Positions 36,495-48,000 of a stretch of 64,000 bases of DNA are shown piece after piece (positions within the stretch are counted from its first letter, which is position 1; the number at the start of each line of letters is the position of its first letter). The stretch spans positions 403,877-467,876 of the forward strand of contig JBAZUH010000001.1 of the NCBI GenBank assembly GCA_041661545.1. The letters run 5' to 3'. Position numbers and translations under genes: made by a program. The notes under the pieces are model-generated. The model was not told the DNA's origin. It saw only the letters and a list, made by a program, of their open reading frames with translations, and ran no database searches. The DNA comes from Candidatus Staskawiczbacteria bacterium. GTDB taxonomy: Bacteria; Patescibacteriota; Minisyncoccia; Minisyncoccales; Staskawiczbacteraceae.

Positions 36495-37544
36495 TTATTT
36501 TTCTTCTTTTTCTTTTTCGTCATTTGCTTTTAGGGCGGCAGTTCTAACTTCTTTTAATAAATCTTTATCTGCTTTTAAAGCATTTTTTGCTTGCTCTACG
36601 CCAACTCCAAGCTTTCTTTCGCCAAAAGAAAATGTGTTACCTGTTTGTTTTATTACTCCATTAAGCAAAGCCACCCGCAACACATCTGCAGATTTTGAAA
36701 TGCCCTCATTATAATAAATATCAAACTCTGCTGTTTTAAATGGTGCAGCTACTTTATTTTTTACAATTTTAGCTTTTACCCTGTTTCCTATAATTTCATC
36801 TCCAGCTTTTATTTGAGCAGTTCTGGCTAAATTAATTCTTACAGAAGCATAAAATTTTAATGCCAAACCACCAGGAGTTGTTTCGGGGTTTCCAAAAACC
36901 ATTCCTATTTTCATTCTTGTTTGGTTTAAAAATATAACCATTGTGTTTGTTTTAGACATTATAGCAGAAAGTTTTCTACAAGCTTGGCTCATAAGCCTGG
37001 CCTGCAAACCCATATGCTGGTCGCCTATTTCTCCTTCAATTTCTCTTTGAGGGGTTAAGGCAGCAACTGAGTCAACAACAATCACATCAATTGTTCCTGT
37101 TTTTACCAATGTTTCAACAATTTGCAAAGCTTGCTCGCCCGAATCTGGCTGAGAAATCAGCAAATCATCTACATTAACTCCAATACGTCCTGCATAATCG
37201 GGGTCCATTGCATGCTCTGCGTCAACAAAGGCGCAGGTGCCCCCCTTTTTTTGCGCCTCAGCTATCACATGCAGTGACAATGTAGTTTTACCAGAAGATT
37301 CTGCTCCATATATTTCTATTATTCTACCCCTTGGCATTCCTCCAACGCCCAAAGCTAAATCCATAGCAATAGAACCTGTCGGCACTATGTCAACATTAAC
37401 TGCATGAATTTCTCGCATTGTCATAATTGCCCCCTCTCCAAACCGCTCTTTAATTTCATCGAGCGCACTATTTAACGCCTTATTTTCCCCCGGTGCTGTA
37501 ACTTTTTTTTCTTTTTTAGATTTTTTTTCTTCTGCCATGTTCAT
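36495..37544 (-). CDS. recA: recombinase RecA
   Basis: Walker [10 protein letters not shown] and L1/L2 loop regions. 349 aa. Confidence 0.97.
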   Translation of the reverse strand: MNMAEEKKSKKEKKVTAPGENKALNSALDEIKERFGEGAIMTMREIHAVNVDIVPTGSIAMDLALGVGGMPRGRIIEIYGAESSGKTTLSLHVIAEAQKKGGTCAFVDAEHAMDPDYAGRIGVNVDDLLISQPDSGEQALQIVETLVKTGTIDVIVVDSVAALTPQREIEGEIGDQHMGLQARLMSQACRKLSAIMSKTNTMVIFLNQTRMKIGMVFGNPETTPGGLALKFYASVRINLARTAQIKAGDEIIGNRVKAKIVKNKVAAPFKTAEFDIYYNEGISKSADVLRVALLNGVIKQTGNTFSFGERKLGVGVEQAKNALKADKDLLKEVRTAALKANDEKEKEEK

Positions 37545-37578
37545 AGAATCTAGAATCTAGTAATTAGAATCTAGAATA
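37544..37578. repeat. five tandem heptamers (tagaatc-like) abutting the recA start codon
   Basis: tagaatc tagaatc tagtaat tagaatc tagaata. Creates spaced TCTAGA palindromes. Confidence 0.8.
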
Positions 37579-37599
37579 TTAATTTTTAAATACTAATAA

Positions 37600-38244
37600 T
37601 TATTTTGTAAATTTAAAAGTGGAAAGCATTTTATCAAAAATGTCTGACTCATACGAAAGGTCACCATCGGTTATCATAGTTGATAATCTAATTAAATATC
37701 TATAATCATTATTAAAAGTAAAATAATTAACCGACTGATCTTTCTCTCCACCCATATCTGGTGAAATTTCTATATATCTACAAAATTTCAAACCATTAAT
37801 TTCTTTTCTGCCGAGTATTGTGCTATATATGCCCGTTCCGCCGAGTCCAGGACAACCATTAGTTATTACCCCACCAGCTTCATTAGAATACGCAACCACG
37901 TCTATAGAAACATTTTCCTGTATCGGAGAAGCCCAAGAAGAATATTCTCCGATTTTTTTCCAGTCTGTCGGATATTTTATTTCATATCCATATTGTACAT
38001 CTGTATATGTTTTCCATCCGGCAGTTTCATTTTGAACTTGTGGGGCTTCAACAACTGCTGGAACTTTTACAAAAAAATATTGCCAAGCAAAAACTCCGCC
38101 AAAAATAATTACTATAAAAATAGTAATTATTACAAAACCTAACCAGCTAGGAATTTGCTTTTTTTGCCTCGGCATCATTGGTTGAACCGGCTGATTAGTA
38201 TTATTCGGCTGGCTACTATTATCTTGAATTATGTTTGGTTCCAT
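37600..38244 (-). CDS. membrane-anchored secreted hypothetical protein
   Basis: 214 aa with a Pro/Gln-rich N-terminus and a single TM (WLGFVIITIFIVIIFGGVFAW). No family recognised. Confidence 0.55.
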   Translation of the reverse strand: MEPNIIQDNSSQPNNTNQPVQPMMPRQKKQIPSWLGFVIITIFIVIIFGGVFAWQYFFVKVPAVVEAPQVQNETAGWKTYTDVQYGYEIKYPTDWKKIGEYSSWASPIQENVSIDVVAYSNEAGGVITNGCPGLGGTGIYSTILGRKEINGLKFCRYIEISPDMGGEKDQSVNYFTFNNDYRYLIRLSTMITDGDLSYESDIFDKMLSTFKFTK

Positions 38245-38296
38245 ATTTTTTACTTGCCCGCCTAAATGCCTTAGCTTTTGACGGGTTTTTTAATTC

Positions 38297-40576
38297 TTAA
38301 ACTTTTTTCCAGTTTTCGTCTTCTTCGGGGATAGCTTCTTGTGATTCTGATTCATCTGGGCCACCGCCGGGTACTAATTCTACATTACCAGATGTTCTAG
38401 TTCTTTCTGCCGAAACACCATAAACTTCACGTGGTTTTGCTCCATCAGCCGGACCTACAATTCCCTTGTCTTCAAGAATATCAATTAAGCGCGCAGCGCG
38501 CGAATAACCAATTCTTAAACGTCTTTGCAAAAATGATGCGCTAGCTTTTTGAGTTTCTATAACAATTTTTTTAACTTCTTCAAATAATGGGTCTTCACCA
38601 GCTCCACCAGAAAATTCTCCTACTCCGCCGTCTTCTCTTCCTCCTTCAACTTTTTCAAGGCTTTCTTCTAAGCTATGACTTAAAGCTTCTTGAGGGTCTC
38701 CACATTTTTTACCTTGCTCAACAATAAATGCAGCCACTTTTTGAACTTCTTTTTCAGAAATATATGGCCCCTGAATTCTAGTAATTTTAGATGACTTAGA
38801 AGATAAAAATAGCATATCTCCTGCACTTAACAATTTTTCAGCACCCGAAGTATCTATAACAGTTCGTGAATCAATTTGCGAAGACACTTGAAAGGTGATT
38901 CTTGTAGGAACATTAGCCTTAATTAAACCTGTAATAACTTCCACTGATGGCCTTTGTGTGGCCAATACCAAGTGAATTCCAGTTGCTCTAGCCATTTGAG
39001 CTAATCTTACAATTCCAGCTTCAATTTCTCTGCCTTTTGCAGCCATTAAATCAGCCAATTCGTCAACTACAAAAACAATGTAAGGCATTTGCAAGCCCGA
39101 AGCAATTATAGATTTATTTGAATTATAAGAACCAATATTTCTTGCCGGAACTTCTGAAAATACTTCAAAACGTCTTTCCATTTCATGAGTTAGCCAAGTT
39201 AAAGCATTAATAGTTTTTGTTGCGTCATAAATAACCGGGCACAATAAATGGGGCATATCATTATAATGCTGAAACTCAACTCTTTTTGGGTCAACCATTA
39301 TCATTCTTAAATTTTCTGGAGTACATTTATATAATAAACTTAAAATTAAAGTATTTAAGAAAATAGTTTTTCCTGTACCAGTTGCTCCAGCCACCAATAA
39401 GTGTGGGCCATCTGTAATGTCTGTAAACACAGCCGAGCCAGACACATTTCTACCCAACGCAACAGTTAGTGGGCTAGTGGGGCTTTGATAAGCTGGCTGA
39501 GATATTAAATTTCTTAATGTAACAATAGATCTAACTTTATTTGGAACTTCAATTCCAACCAAAGATTTGCCAGGAATTGGAGCTTCAATTCTAATTGGGT
39601 GAGCTGCCAAAGCCAAGGCTAAATTGTTAGATAATGTTGTAATTTTTGAAAGCTTTACACCCTCGGCTGGCTTAAATGCATACTGAGTAACTGTTGGACC
39701 AACATTAACCTCTGCCATTTCAACTGGAATACCAAAATTTTCTAAAGTGCTCTTAATTATCATCGAGTTTTCTTTGATATTTCCAGAAGTTGGAGCTACT
39801 TCATTTTTATTTAATAAATCTAGTGGAGGCAACATATAATTATTCTTATTGGCAGTGACTGGTTTTTTTATATCTGCTTTTTCTATTTCTTCATTTCCTT
39901 TTCTAAATAAAGTTATTCTTGAAGCAACCACGGGTCTTGCTTTGTCTTGTTTATCTGCCTCCATGCCCTTAATTTTAGGACCATCTTCTTCTTGCTTGTT
40001 AGGCGCAAAAGTTGGTTTTTCTTCTTTCTCTTTTTTGGGCATTTCTGACCATATAAATTGTAAGAAAATAAATAATCCAATTAGTAAAATTGTAGCAAAT
40101 ATAATATTAGCAACTAAAACTCCAAAAAGCCCAGCAAATAGTTTTGCCAATAATAATCCTACCCATCCTCCGTTCATTAATGCTTCGGGCCAATCTTTAA
40201 CAGCTAAAATGCCCGCGATGCCCACTAAAGAAATCAAAACAGCTAATGCCATTGCCAAATCTTTGCCCTTTTTTCTAGTTCTTAAAAAAATTAACCCAGC
40301 AACAAATAAAAACAATGGAATTGTAAAAAAAGCTCTTCCAATTAAAAAATCACAAACTTGTGCAAAAATTTCTCCTGCATAACCAGCTTTGTCAAAACGA
40401 GGGAAAGATAAAACAATAATTATAGCAACCAAAAATAACAAAGTTGCCTTTATCCACCTTTTAGTGGAATTACTCAAAATGGAATCTTTTTTTACCTCTT
40501 TCCCATCTTTACTATTTTTCCCGTTTCTTAAGTCTAAATTTTTATTTTTACCGTTTCTTTGATTATTTTTTGCCAT
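38297..40576 (-). CDS. ftsK: DNA translocase FtsK/SpoIIIE
   Basis: N-terminal TM domain, Walker A GATGTGKT, and a C-terminal gamma winged helix (LQRRLRIGYSRAARLIDILE). Confidence 0.95.
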   Translation of the reverse strand: MAKNNQRNGKNKNLDLRNGKNSKDGKEVKKDSILSNSTKRWIKATLLFLVAIIIVLSFPRFDKAGYAGEIFAQVCDFLIGRAFFTIPLFLFVAGLIFLRTRKKGKDLAMALAVLISLVGIAGILAVKDWPEALMNGGWVGLLLAKLFAGLFGVLVANIIFATILLIGLFIFLQFIWSEMPKKEKEEKPTFAPNKQEEDGPKIKGMEADKQDKARPVVASRITLFRKGNEEIEKADIKKPVTANKNNYMLPPLDLLNKNEVAPTSGNIKENSMIIKSTLENFGIPVEMAEVNVGPTVTQYAFKPAEGVKLSKITTLSNNLALALAAHPIRIEAPIPGKSLVGIEVPNKVRSIVTLRNLISQPAYQSPTSPLTVALGRNVSGSAVFTDITDGPHLLVAGATGTGKTIFLNTLILSLLYKCTPENLRMIMVDPKRVEFQHYNDMPHLLCPVIYDATKTINALTWLTHEMERRFEVFSEVPARNIGSYNSNKSIIASGLQMPYIVFVVDELADLMAAKGREIEAGIVRLAQMARATGIHLVLATQRPSVEVITGLIKANVPTRITFQVSSQIDSRTVIDTSGAEKLLSAGDMLFLSSKSSKITRIQGPYISEKEVQKVAAFIVEQGKKCGDPQEALSHSLEESLEKVEGGREDGGVGEFSGGAGEDPLFEEVKKIVIETQKASASFLQRRLRIGYSRAARLIDILEDKGIVGPADGAKPREVYGVSAERTRTSGNVELVPGGGPDESESQEAIPEEDENWKKV

Positions 40577-40698
40577 TTTATTTATTAAATTATTTTATTA
40601 TATTACAATTGAACAATCCATTCAAGCCAATTTCTACCCAATAAAAATTTTAAGCAAAAAAAGACCGCCGGTGAACCGTACGGTATGAACTAGAAAAA

Positions 40699-40980
40699 TT
40701 AAGCGAAGTTTTGGAGAGGAATAATCTCCGTCCTACCTAACCGATTAATACAAATCCTTACCTCATTATTGTCTCTTAGCTCCGGAAGCTCTTCAATCTC
40801 TCCAAGATTGACAACAGCCGACAACCCTCCCCCAAGAAAACAACGGAGACCCGTGGAAGAATCTTCTGACTCTGTGAAACCCAATCTTCTAATTGCTTCT
40901 TCTCTCGACCTAACAGCAATAGTGCCAACGGGCCGAAATGATCCATCCTGAATACGAATGCTGACGAGAATTTTTGTCAT
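40699..40980 (-). CDS. hypothetical protein (islet 3, gene 2)
   Basis: Start MTKILVSIRIQDG is preceded by AAGGAGG. Its ATG overlaps the upstream stop (ATGA). G+C elevated. Confidence 0.5.
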   Translation of the reverse strand: MTKILVSIRIQDGSFRPVGTIAVRSREEAIRRLGFTESEDSSTGLRCFLGGGLSAVVNLGEIEELPELRDNNEVRICINRLGRTEIIPLQNFA

Positions 40981-41303
40981 GGAGACCTCCTTCTTCCTGT
41001 TTGGCGACGAGGGCAATGTATGCGCGCAGACAGCTGGTCTCTTGCGCTCATTTCCTGTTTGGTTATCTCCGCCAATGAGAGCGGTTTTCCGTGGCGACGA
41101 GTCAACTCATCAACTATAATCCTGAGCATGATGGGCAACGAAAAATCGGTGTCTAACAAATGGCTAGCAACTAACGCGCATGAAGCCTCGCCAAATTGCT
41201 CTGGCGTGAGATTAGGCCACATTTTTTTTGCACACTCATAGATAGCTACTTCCCAAAACATCAAAACTTTGTCGTCATCTTTAGTATACGGTCTGCTATT
41301 CAT
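40977..41303 (-). CDS. hypothetical protein (islet 3, gene 1)
   Basis: 108-aa ORF with an Arg-rich C-terminus. Translationally coupled to the next gene. Confidence 0.5.
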   Translation of the reverse strand: MNSRPYTKDDDKVLMFWEVAIYECAKKMWPNLTPEQFGEASCALVASHLLDTDFSLPIMLRIIVDELTRRHGKPLSLAEITKQEMSARDQLSARIHCPRRQTGRRRSP

Positions 41304-41396
41304 TGATTATTTTTTTCTAGTATTGTTTCCATTGTCAATGTGCAGGAAATACACAATATGAAAACTTTATCATATTTTAGCACTATTGTCAATCAA

Positions 41397-41426
41397 AAAG
41401 CGCCCCGATTTTCATCGGGGCGCTTT
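41397..41426 (-). terminator. rpoC terminator
   Basis: aaagcgccccga-ttttca-tcggggcgcttt, a 12-bp stem. Confidence 0.8.
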
Positions 41427-41434
41427 AAATTATC

Positions 41435-44400
41435 TTATTCTTCCTCTTTTATTCTAGGTATAAAACCTGTTCCAACTGGAATAAGTTTTCCAATAATTAC
41501 GTTTTCTTTTAATCCTCGTAGTTTATCTTCTTTGCCTTCAAGAGATGCCTTAATTAACACTCTAGATGTTTGTTGGAAAGAAGCTGCCGATAAGAATGAT
41601 TCTGAGTTTAATGCAACTTCAGAAATACCAAGCAACATTTGAACTCCAACTGGTGGTTCTTTTTTCTCTTTCTTAAGTCTATCAACTTCTTCATTGAATA
41701 TTTCTCTTTCAATAACTTCGCCCCTAATCCAACCCGAATCACCTTCTTCTTTAACCTTTATTCTTGAAAACATTTTCTGAATAATTACTTCAACGTGCTT
41801 GTCATTAATATCAACACCCTGAGAAGAATAAATTTTTTGAACTTCTTGCAAAATATATCTTTGAGTTGCTTGGACTCCTGCAGACTTATAAAGCTTTTTC
41901 AAATCTAAACTTCCATCACATAATGGTTGATTTTCTTTAACTTCTTGCCCTTTGCTTACTAAAATTGCAATTCTTCCAGGAATTTTATATTCCATTATAT
42001 CTTTTTTAGCGCCTGCTTTCTTAGCTGATTGAATTTTAACAATTCTAGTTTCTTCACTAACATCAATTACTTTTCCTTCAACTAAAGACATAATAGCTTC
42101 TCCTTTTGGAGCTCTACATTCAAAAATTTCTTCAATTCTTGGCAAACCGCTAGTAATGTCACCTGCACCCACAATACCTCCTAAGTGGTGGGTTCTAAGT
42201 GTTAACTGTGTACCAGGTTCTCCAATTGCCTGAGCTGCAACAATTCCAACTGCTTCACCAGCTTTTACTAAATCATTTCTTCCCATATCCCAACCATAAC
42301 ATTTCTGACAAACTTTTTGAGAAGATTTACAAGTTAATGGTGAGGCCACAACAACTCTTTCAATTCCCTTTTCTTCGGCAATTGCTTTAGCCATTTGCCA
42401 ATTTATTGACTCGTTCTTTTTAACAAAAACAAGCTTACCATGTTCAACTGTTTCTAAAGCAGTTCTACCAACTATCTTAAAGACAAAATCCTGCTCAATG
42501 GCCTCGGCATCTTTTTTATAAATAGTTAAACCTGTTTTATCTCCACAGTCTGCTTCGGCAATAATTACATCGTGAGCTACATCAACTAATCTTCTAGTTA
42601 AATATCCAGCAGAAGAAGTTCTTAAAGCAGTGTCAGCTGTACCTTTTCGGGCTCCGTGAGTTGAAATAAAATATTCCAAAACATTAAATCCTTCTGTAAA
42701 AGACGACTTAACTGGAAGCTCTATAATATCTCCTGATGGATTATTTACCAAACCCTTCATTCCAGCCATCTGAACTGGTTGTGCCCAAGTAGCTCTAGCT
42801 CCAGCAGTAATAATAGACATAACTGGTCCATCTTTTGGCAATGTTGATTTTAACAAAGCTTCTAATTTTGTTTTAACTGTTTGCCAAATCAAAATCTTTT
42901 GAGAAGTTTTTTCATCTGCTGATAAAAGTCCTTTTTCAAAATGATTATCAATTTTTCTTACTTCATCTTCAGCTGCATCTATTAAGCCTTTCTTTTCTTT
43001 TGGAACAATTAAATCATCCATGCCCCAACTTACTCCAGATAGTGTGCAGTATTCAAACCCTAACATTTTTATTTTATCAATAATGTTTACTGCGTCTTCA
43101 TTAGGGTATTTTTCAATAATTTCTCTTACAATTCCCTTTAATGCTTTGTTATCAACTAATCTATTTATATAAGGATAATCTTCTGGAAAAACTTCATTTA
43201 AAATTAACCTTCCAACAGTTGTTTCAAGTAATTCCATTTTTCCAGATATAGGCTTAGGATGAGGAACTTTAATTACATCATTTTGACCTAAAAATCCATA
43301 ATTAAAGGCTGTTGTGGCTTCAGATGAACTAGAATATACCTTTATATTTTTTGGATCTGAAACATCTTGAGTGTTGCTTAATTTTGTTAAATAATAACAA
43401 CCTAAAGCAATATCACGAAATGGTCCCATTACAGGCATACCTGTGGCTGGCCTTAAAAGATTTAAAGTTGAAAGCATTATTTCTCTTGCTTCTTTTTGAG
43501 CTTCGTCAGATAAAGGCAAATAAACAGCCATTTGGTCGCCGTCAAAGTCAGCATTAAAAGCTTCGCAAACTAAAGGATGCAATTTAATTGTTTCTCCTTC
43601 AGTTAAAATTGGCCTAAATGCCTGAATACCAAGCCTGTGCAAAGTTGGAGCTCTGTTTAACAAAACCAACTTATCTTTAATAATTTCTTCTAATATAGCC
43701 CAAACTTCAGGAGTTTTTTCTTCAACCAATCTAGCTGCTCCCCTAATATTATAAGCTAATTCTTTATCTAAAATTCTTTTAATTACAAACGGTTTGAAAA
43801 TTTCTAAAGCCAATGTTTTTGGCAAACCACATTGCGAAAAGTGTAATTCTGGAACAACTGAAATAACAGATCTTCCGGAGTAATCTACACGTTTTCCTAA
43901 AAGATTTTGTCTGAATCTTCCTTGTTTTCCAGCCAACATTGCGGCTAAAGACTTCAACAATCTTTTTCCGCCAGTTGTAGCAGTTGTTGTAACTCCTTTT
44001 CTCATTTCATTATCAATTAAAGCGTCAACTGCTTCTTGCAACATTCTTTTTTCGTTTCTAACAATAACTGGAGGAGCTTTTATTTCTTGTAAATATTTTA
44101 ACCTATTATTTCTATTTATAACTCTTCTATATAAATCATTTAAATCAGATGAAGCATATCTTCCTCCATCTAACTGAACCATTGGTCTTAAATCTGGTGG
44201 CAAAACAGGCAAAACATCCATAAACATCCATTCTGGTCTTACGTTTGCCCTTAACATTCCTTGAAAAAGTTTTAATCTTCTTAAAATTTTCTTTTTTGTA
44301 GCTGGTGGAGCATTTTTTGCTTCTTCTGCTATTAAGTCAGTTTCCTTTTTTAAATCAATTTTTGTGAACAACTCTCTAACTACTTCAGCTCCTGTTCCTG

Positions 44401-45022
44401 CTTCAAAAACTTCTCCGTATTTCATTGAAATGGTATGATATACAACCTCTGATAAAATTCTTAATGGTTTTATATCTAAAAGTTCTTCCTTGGCTTTTTC
44501 TTTTGCTTGTTTTAATTCTGTTTTTGCAGCTTCAGTTTTTTCTTTTTTAACCTTTGTTTTATATTCTTGCTCAATTGCTTCCATAATTGCATCGCGAGCT
44601 GCTTCATTAACACTAGTAACAATATAAGAAGAAAAATAAATAACTTTTTCTAATTGCTGAGAGCTTTTGTCTAAAACCAAACCCATTCTTGATGGAACTC
44701 CTCTTAAAAACCAAATATGAGATACTGGAGTATGCAACTTAATATGGCCCATTCTTTCTCTTCTTACAGAAGACTTGGTTACTTCAACTCCACATCTGTC
44801 ACAAACAACTCCTTTATATCTTATTCTTTTATATTTTCCGCAAGCACATTCATAATCTTTTTCTGGTCCAAAAATTCTTTCATCAAAAAGCCCGTCCTTT
44901 TCAGGTTTTTGTGTGCGGTAATTAATTGTTTCTGGCTTGATTACTTCACCATGAGACCAGGACATAATGTCCTCGGGTGAAGCAATTTTAATTCTTATTG
45001 ATTCTAAGTCTAGTACTCGCAT
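41435..45022 (-). CDS. rpoC: DNA-directed RNA polymerase subunit beta'
   Basis: NADFDGDQM catalytic motif and Zn-binding cysteines near the N-terminus. 1195 aa. Confidence 0.97.
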   Translation of the reverse strand: MRVLDLESIRIKIASPEDIMSWSHGEVIKPETINYRTQKPEKDGLFDERIFGPEKDYECACGKYKRIRYKGVVCDRCGVEVTKSSVRRERMGHIKLHTPVSHIWFLRGVPSRMGLVLDKSSQQLEKVIYFSSYIVTSVNEAARDAIMEAIEQEYKTKVKKEKTEAAKTELKQAKEKAKEELLDIKPLRILSEVVYHTISMKYGEVFEAGTGAEVVRELFTKIDLKKETDLIAEEAKNAPPATKKKILRRLKLFQGMLRANVRPEWMFMDVLPVLPPDLRPMVQLDGGRYASSDLNDLYRRVINRNNRLKYLQEIKAPPVIVRNEKRMLQEAVDALIDNEMRKGVTTTATTGGKRLLKSLAAMLAGKQGRFRQNLLGKRVDYSGRSVISVVPELHFSQCGLPKTLALEIFKPFVIKRILDKELAYNIRGAARLVEEKTPEVWAILEEIIKDKLVLLNRAPTLHRLGIQAFRPILTEGETIKLHPLVCEAFNADFDGDQMAVYLPLSDEAQKEAREIMLSTLNLLRPATGMPVMGPFRDIALGCYYLTKLSNTQDVSDPKNIKVYSSSSEATTAFNYGFLGQNDVIKVPHPKPISGKMELLETTVGRLILNEVFPEDYPYINRLVDNKALKGIVREIIEKYPNEDAVNIIDKIKMLGFEYCTLSGVSWGMDDLIVPKEKKGLIDAAEDEVRKIDNHFEKGLLSADEKTSQKILIWQTVKTKLEALLKSTLPKDGPVMSIITAGARATWAQPVQMAGMKGLVNNPSGDIIELPVKSSFTEGFNVLEYFISTHGARKGTADTALRTSSAGYLTRRLVDVAHDVIIAEADCGDKTGLTIYKKDAEAIEQDFVFKIVGRTALETVEHGKLVFVKKNESINWQMAKAIAEEKGIERVVVASPLTCKSSQKVCQKCYGWDMGRNDLVKAGEAVGIVAAQAIGEPGTQLTLRTHHLGGIVGAGDITSGLPRIEEIFECRAPKGEAIMSLVEGKVIDVSEETRIVKIQSAKKAGAKKDIMEYKIPGRIAILVSKGQEVKENQPLCDGSLDLKKLYKSAGVQATQRYILQEVQKIYSSQGVDINDKHVEVIIQKMFSRIKVKEEGDSGWIRGEVIEREIFNEEVDRLKKEKKEPPVGVQMLLGISEVALNSESFLSAASFQQTSRVLIKASLEGKEDKLRGLKENVIIGKLIPVGTGFIPRIKEEE

Positions 45023-45062
45023 GGGTTTTTAATTTAGTTTAATTTTAGAAACTCTTTAAATT

Positions 45063-48000
45063 CTATTGCCTGTTGTCTCGTCTATTTTCTCTTTCGTCGT
45101 CGCGATCAATTCTTGGTCTTTCTTTAACTTCAACCGACATACCAAGAGATTTTAATTCAGCAACAAGTAAATTAAACGATGCTGGAATATTTGGATTCCT
45201 AATTGGCTCGCCTTTTAATATAGACTCATAGGCTGCAGCCCTTCCCTGAACATCATCAGATTTTATGGTTAACATTTCCTGCAAAATATGAGACACTCCA
45301 TAACCTTCAAGTGCCCACACCTCCATTTCTCCAAATCTCTGACCTCCAAATTGAGCTTTTCCGCCCAATGGCTGTTGAGTGATTAAAGAATAAGGCCCAA
45401 TAGATCTGGCGTGAACTTTATCATCAACCATGTGAATTAATTTCATCACATACATATATCCAACTGTAACTGGTGTAGGAAATGGCAAGCCTGTTCTTCC
45501 ATCATAAAGTGTCATTTGTCCAGATTCTGGCAAACCAGCTAATTTTAGCTCTCTTTTAACATCTTCTTGGTTAGCTCCAATTAATGCTGGGGTAATAGCT
45601 AAATATCCTAACTTATGAGCTGCCAAACCTAAGTGAGTTTCTAAAATTTGACCCAAGTTCATACGAGAAGGAACTGACAATGGAGAAATTACCAAATCAA
45701 CAGGAGTTCCATCTTCTAAAAATGGCATTTCTGCTTCTGGCAAAACTCTTGAAACAACTCCTTTGTTTCCGTGTCTTCCTACTAATTTATCTCCTACTTT
45801 AGCTTTTCGAGATTCTGCAACTTCAACTTTAATTCTTTTTATAACTCCTGGTTCTAATTTATGTCCTAAGTCTCTTGAGAATATTGTGACATTAATAACT
45901 TTTCCATTTTTTCCGTGCTCCATTCTTAAAGAAGAATCTTTAACATCTTTGGCTTTTTCGCCAAAAATAGCTCTTAACAATCTTTCTTCTGGAGTTAATT
46001 CTGCTTCTCCTTTTGGTGAAATTTTTCCAACCAAAATATCATTGGGGCCAACAGCTGCTCCAACTCTTATAATTCCCTCTTCATCTAAATCTTTTAATTT
46101 TTCTTCTCCAACATTTGGAATATCAGATGTTGTAACTTCGGGCCCAAGTTTTGTTTCTCTAACGTCACAAGTAAAATCTTCAATGTGAATTGATGTAAAT
46201 TCATCTTCCTTTCCTAATCTTTCCGAAATTGTCATTGAGTCCTCAAATCCTCCTCCTCTTAATGGCAAAAAACAAACTAGCACGTTTCTGCCCAAAGCTA
46301 ATCTGCCTTGCGAAATAGCAGCTCCATCGGCCATAACATCTCCTTTTTTAACCTTCTCTCCTTTTTCAACAATTGGTTTTTGGTGAAAACATGAATATTG
46401 GTTAGTTCTAACAAAAGTTTGCAATTCGTAATCTTCTTCTCTTGCTGGTTTTTTTCCAGAAGCTTCATATTTAACTAAAATATGTTGTCCATCTACTTCT
46501 TTTACAACTCCATCAGCTTCTGCAAGTATTACTTGACCCGAATCTCTGGCAACATTTCTTTCTGTTCCTGTTCCAACCAAAGGAGCCTCTGGTTTTATAA
46601 GAGGCACTGCCTGACGTTGCATATTAGAACCCATAAGCGCACGAGATGCATCGTCATGATTTAAAAATGGAATTAAGGAAGTAGCAACAGAAATAAATTG
46701 CTTAGAAGAAACATCTATATAATCAATATCTGCAATTTTAACTTCTTCTGGCTCTCCTTTAACTCTAGCCTCAACTTTATCTGGAGCAATTTCTGGTGTA
46801 ATTTTTAATGAATCTGTTAGTGGCACCGAAGCTGGGGCAACATTATGTCTTTCTTCTTCCTGAGCTGATAAATATTCTACTTGATCTGTAACTTTTCCAT
46901 TTTTAACTTTAAAATAAGGAGCTTCAATAAATCCATATGGATTAATTTTAGCAAAAGTAGCCAAATGTCCCACCAAACCAACATTAGGACCTTCTGGGGT
47001 TTCAATAGGACAAATTCTACCATAGTGAGATGGCTGAACGTCTCTAACTTCAAATCCAGCTCTTTCTCTTGTTAATCCTCCAGGACCTGTTGTTGTTAAC
47101 CTTCTTTTATGCTCTAATTCTGCTAATGGATTTTCGTTATCCATAAACTGCGAAAATTGAGAAGAAGTAAAAAATTCTTTAACAACAGCAATTAGTGGTC
47201 TTGGGTTTATAAGTTGTACAGGTGTTATTGTAGAAGCTTCCAATGTAGACATCTTGTCTTTTATAATTCTTTCCATTCTCATTAATCCAACTCTTAGCCT
47301 ATTTTGCAAAAGCTCTGATAATGTCCTAACCCTTCTGTTTCCCAAATGGTCAACTTGGTCGGCTTTAGCCATTGGGTCGTTGTTTAACCTAATAACCTCT
47401 TTGACAACTTCTATTATATCTTCTATAGATAAAATTCTGTCTTCTTTTTTAATTTCTTTATCTAAATCTTTTGGAGCTAAATTGGGTAATCTTAACCATG
47501 TTTTCCATCGTCCAACTTTTGATAAATCATATCTATCAAAATTAAAAAACATATTAAAAATTAAATCTTGAGCTGTATCTGGGGTAACCAAATCACCTGG
47601 GCGCAACCTTCTGTAAACTTCTACCAAGGCTTCTTTTTGGTCTTTGCAGGTGTCGCGCCTTAAAGTTTCTTTTATATATCTTATTTCACCAGTATCAACA
47701 TCTTTAAATGTTTTTTCAACTTTTTCTATATTATCAATACCCAAAGCCATTAAAAGTGTTGTGGCAGGAACTTTTCTTTTTCTATTTATTTTAACTCCAA
47801 TAAATCCAGATTCTTCTGTTTCAAATTCAAGCCAAGCTCCTCTATTTGGAATAATTTTAGAACCAAAATAATTTTTGCCTCTCCATAATCTTGCTGTAAA
47901 AAATGCTCCAGGAGATCTAATAAGTTGAGAAACAATAACTCTTTCTACTCCATTTACAACAAAAGTAGCCCTTTCTGTCATAATTGGGAAATCTGCTAAA

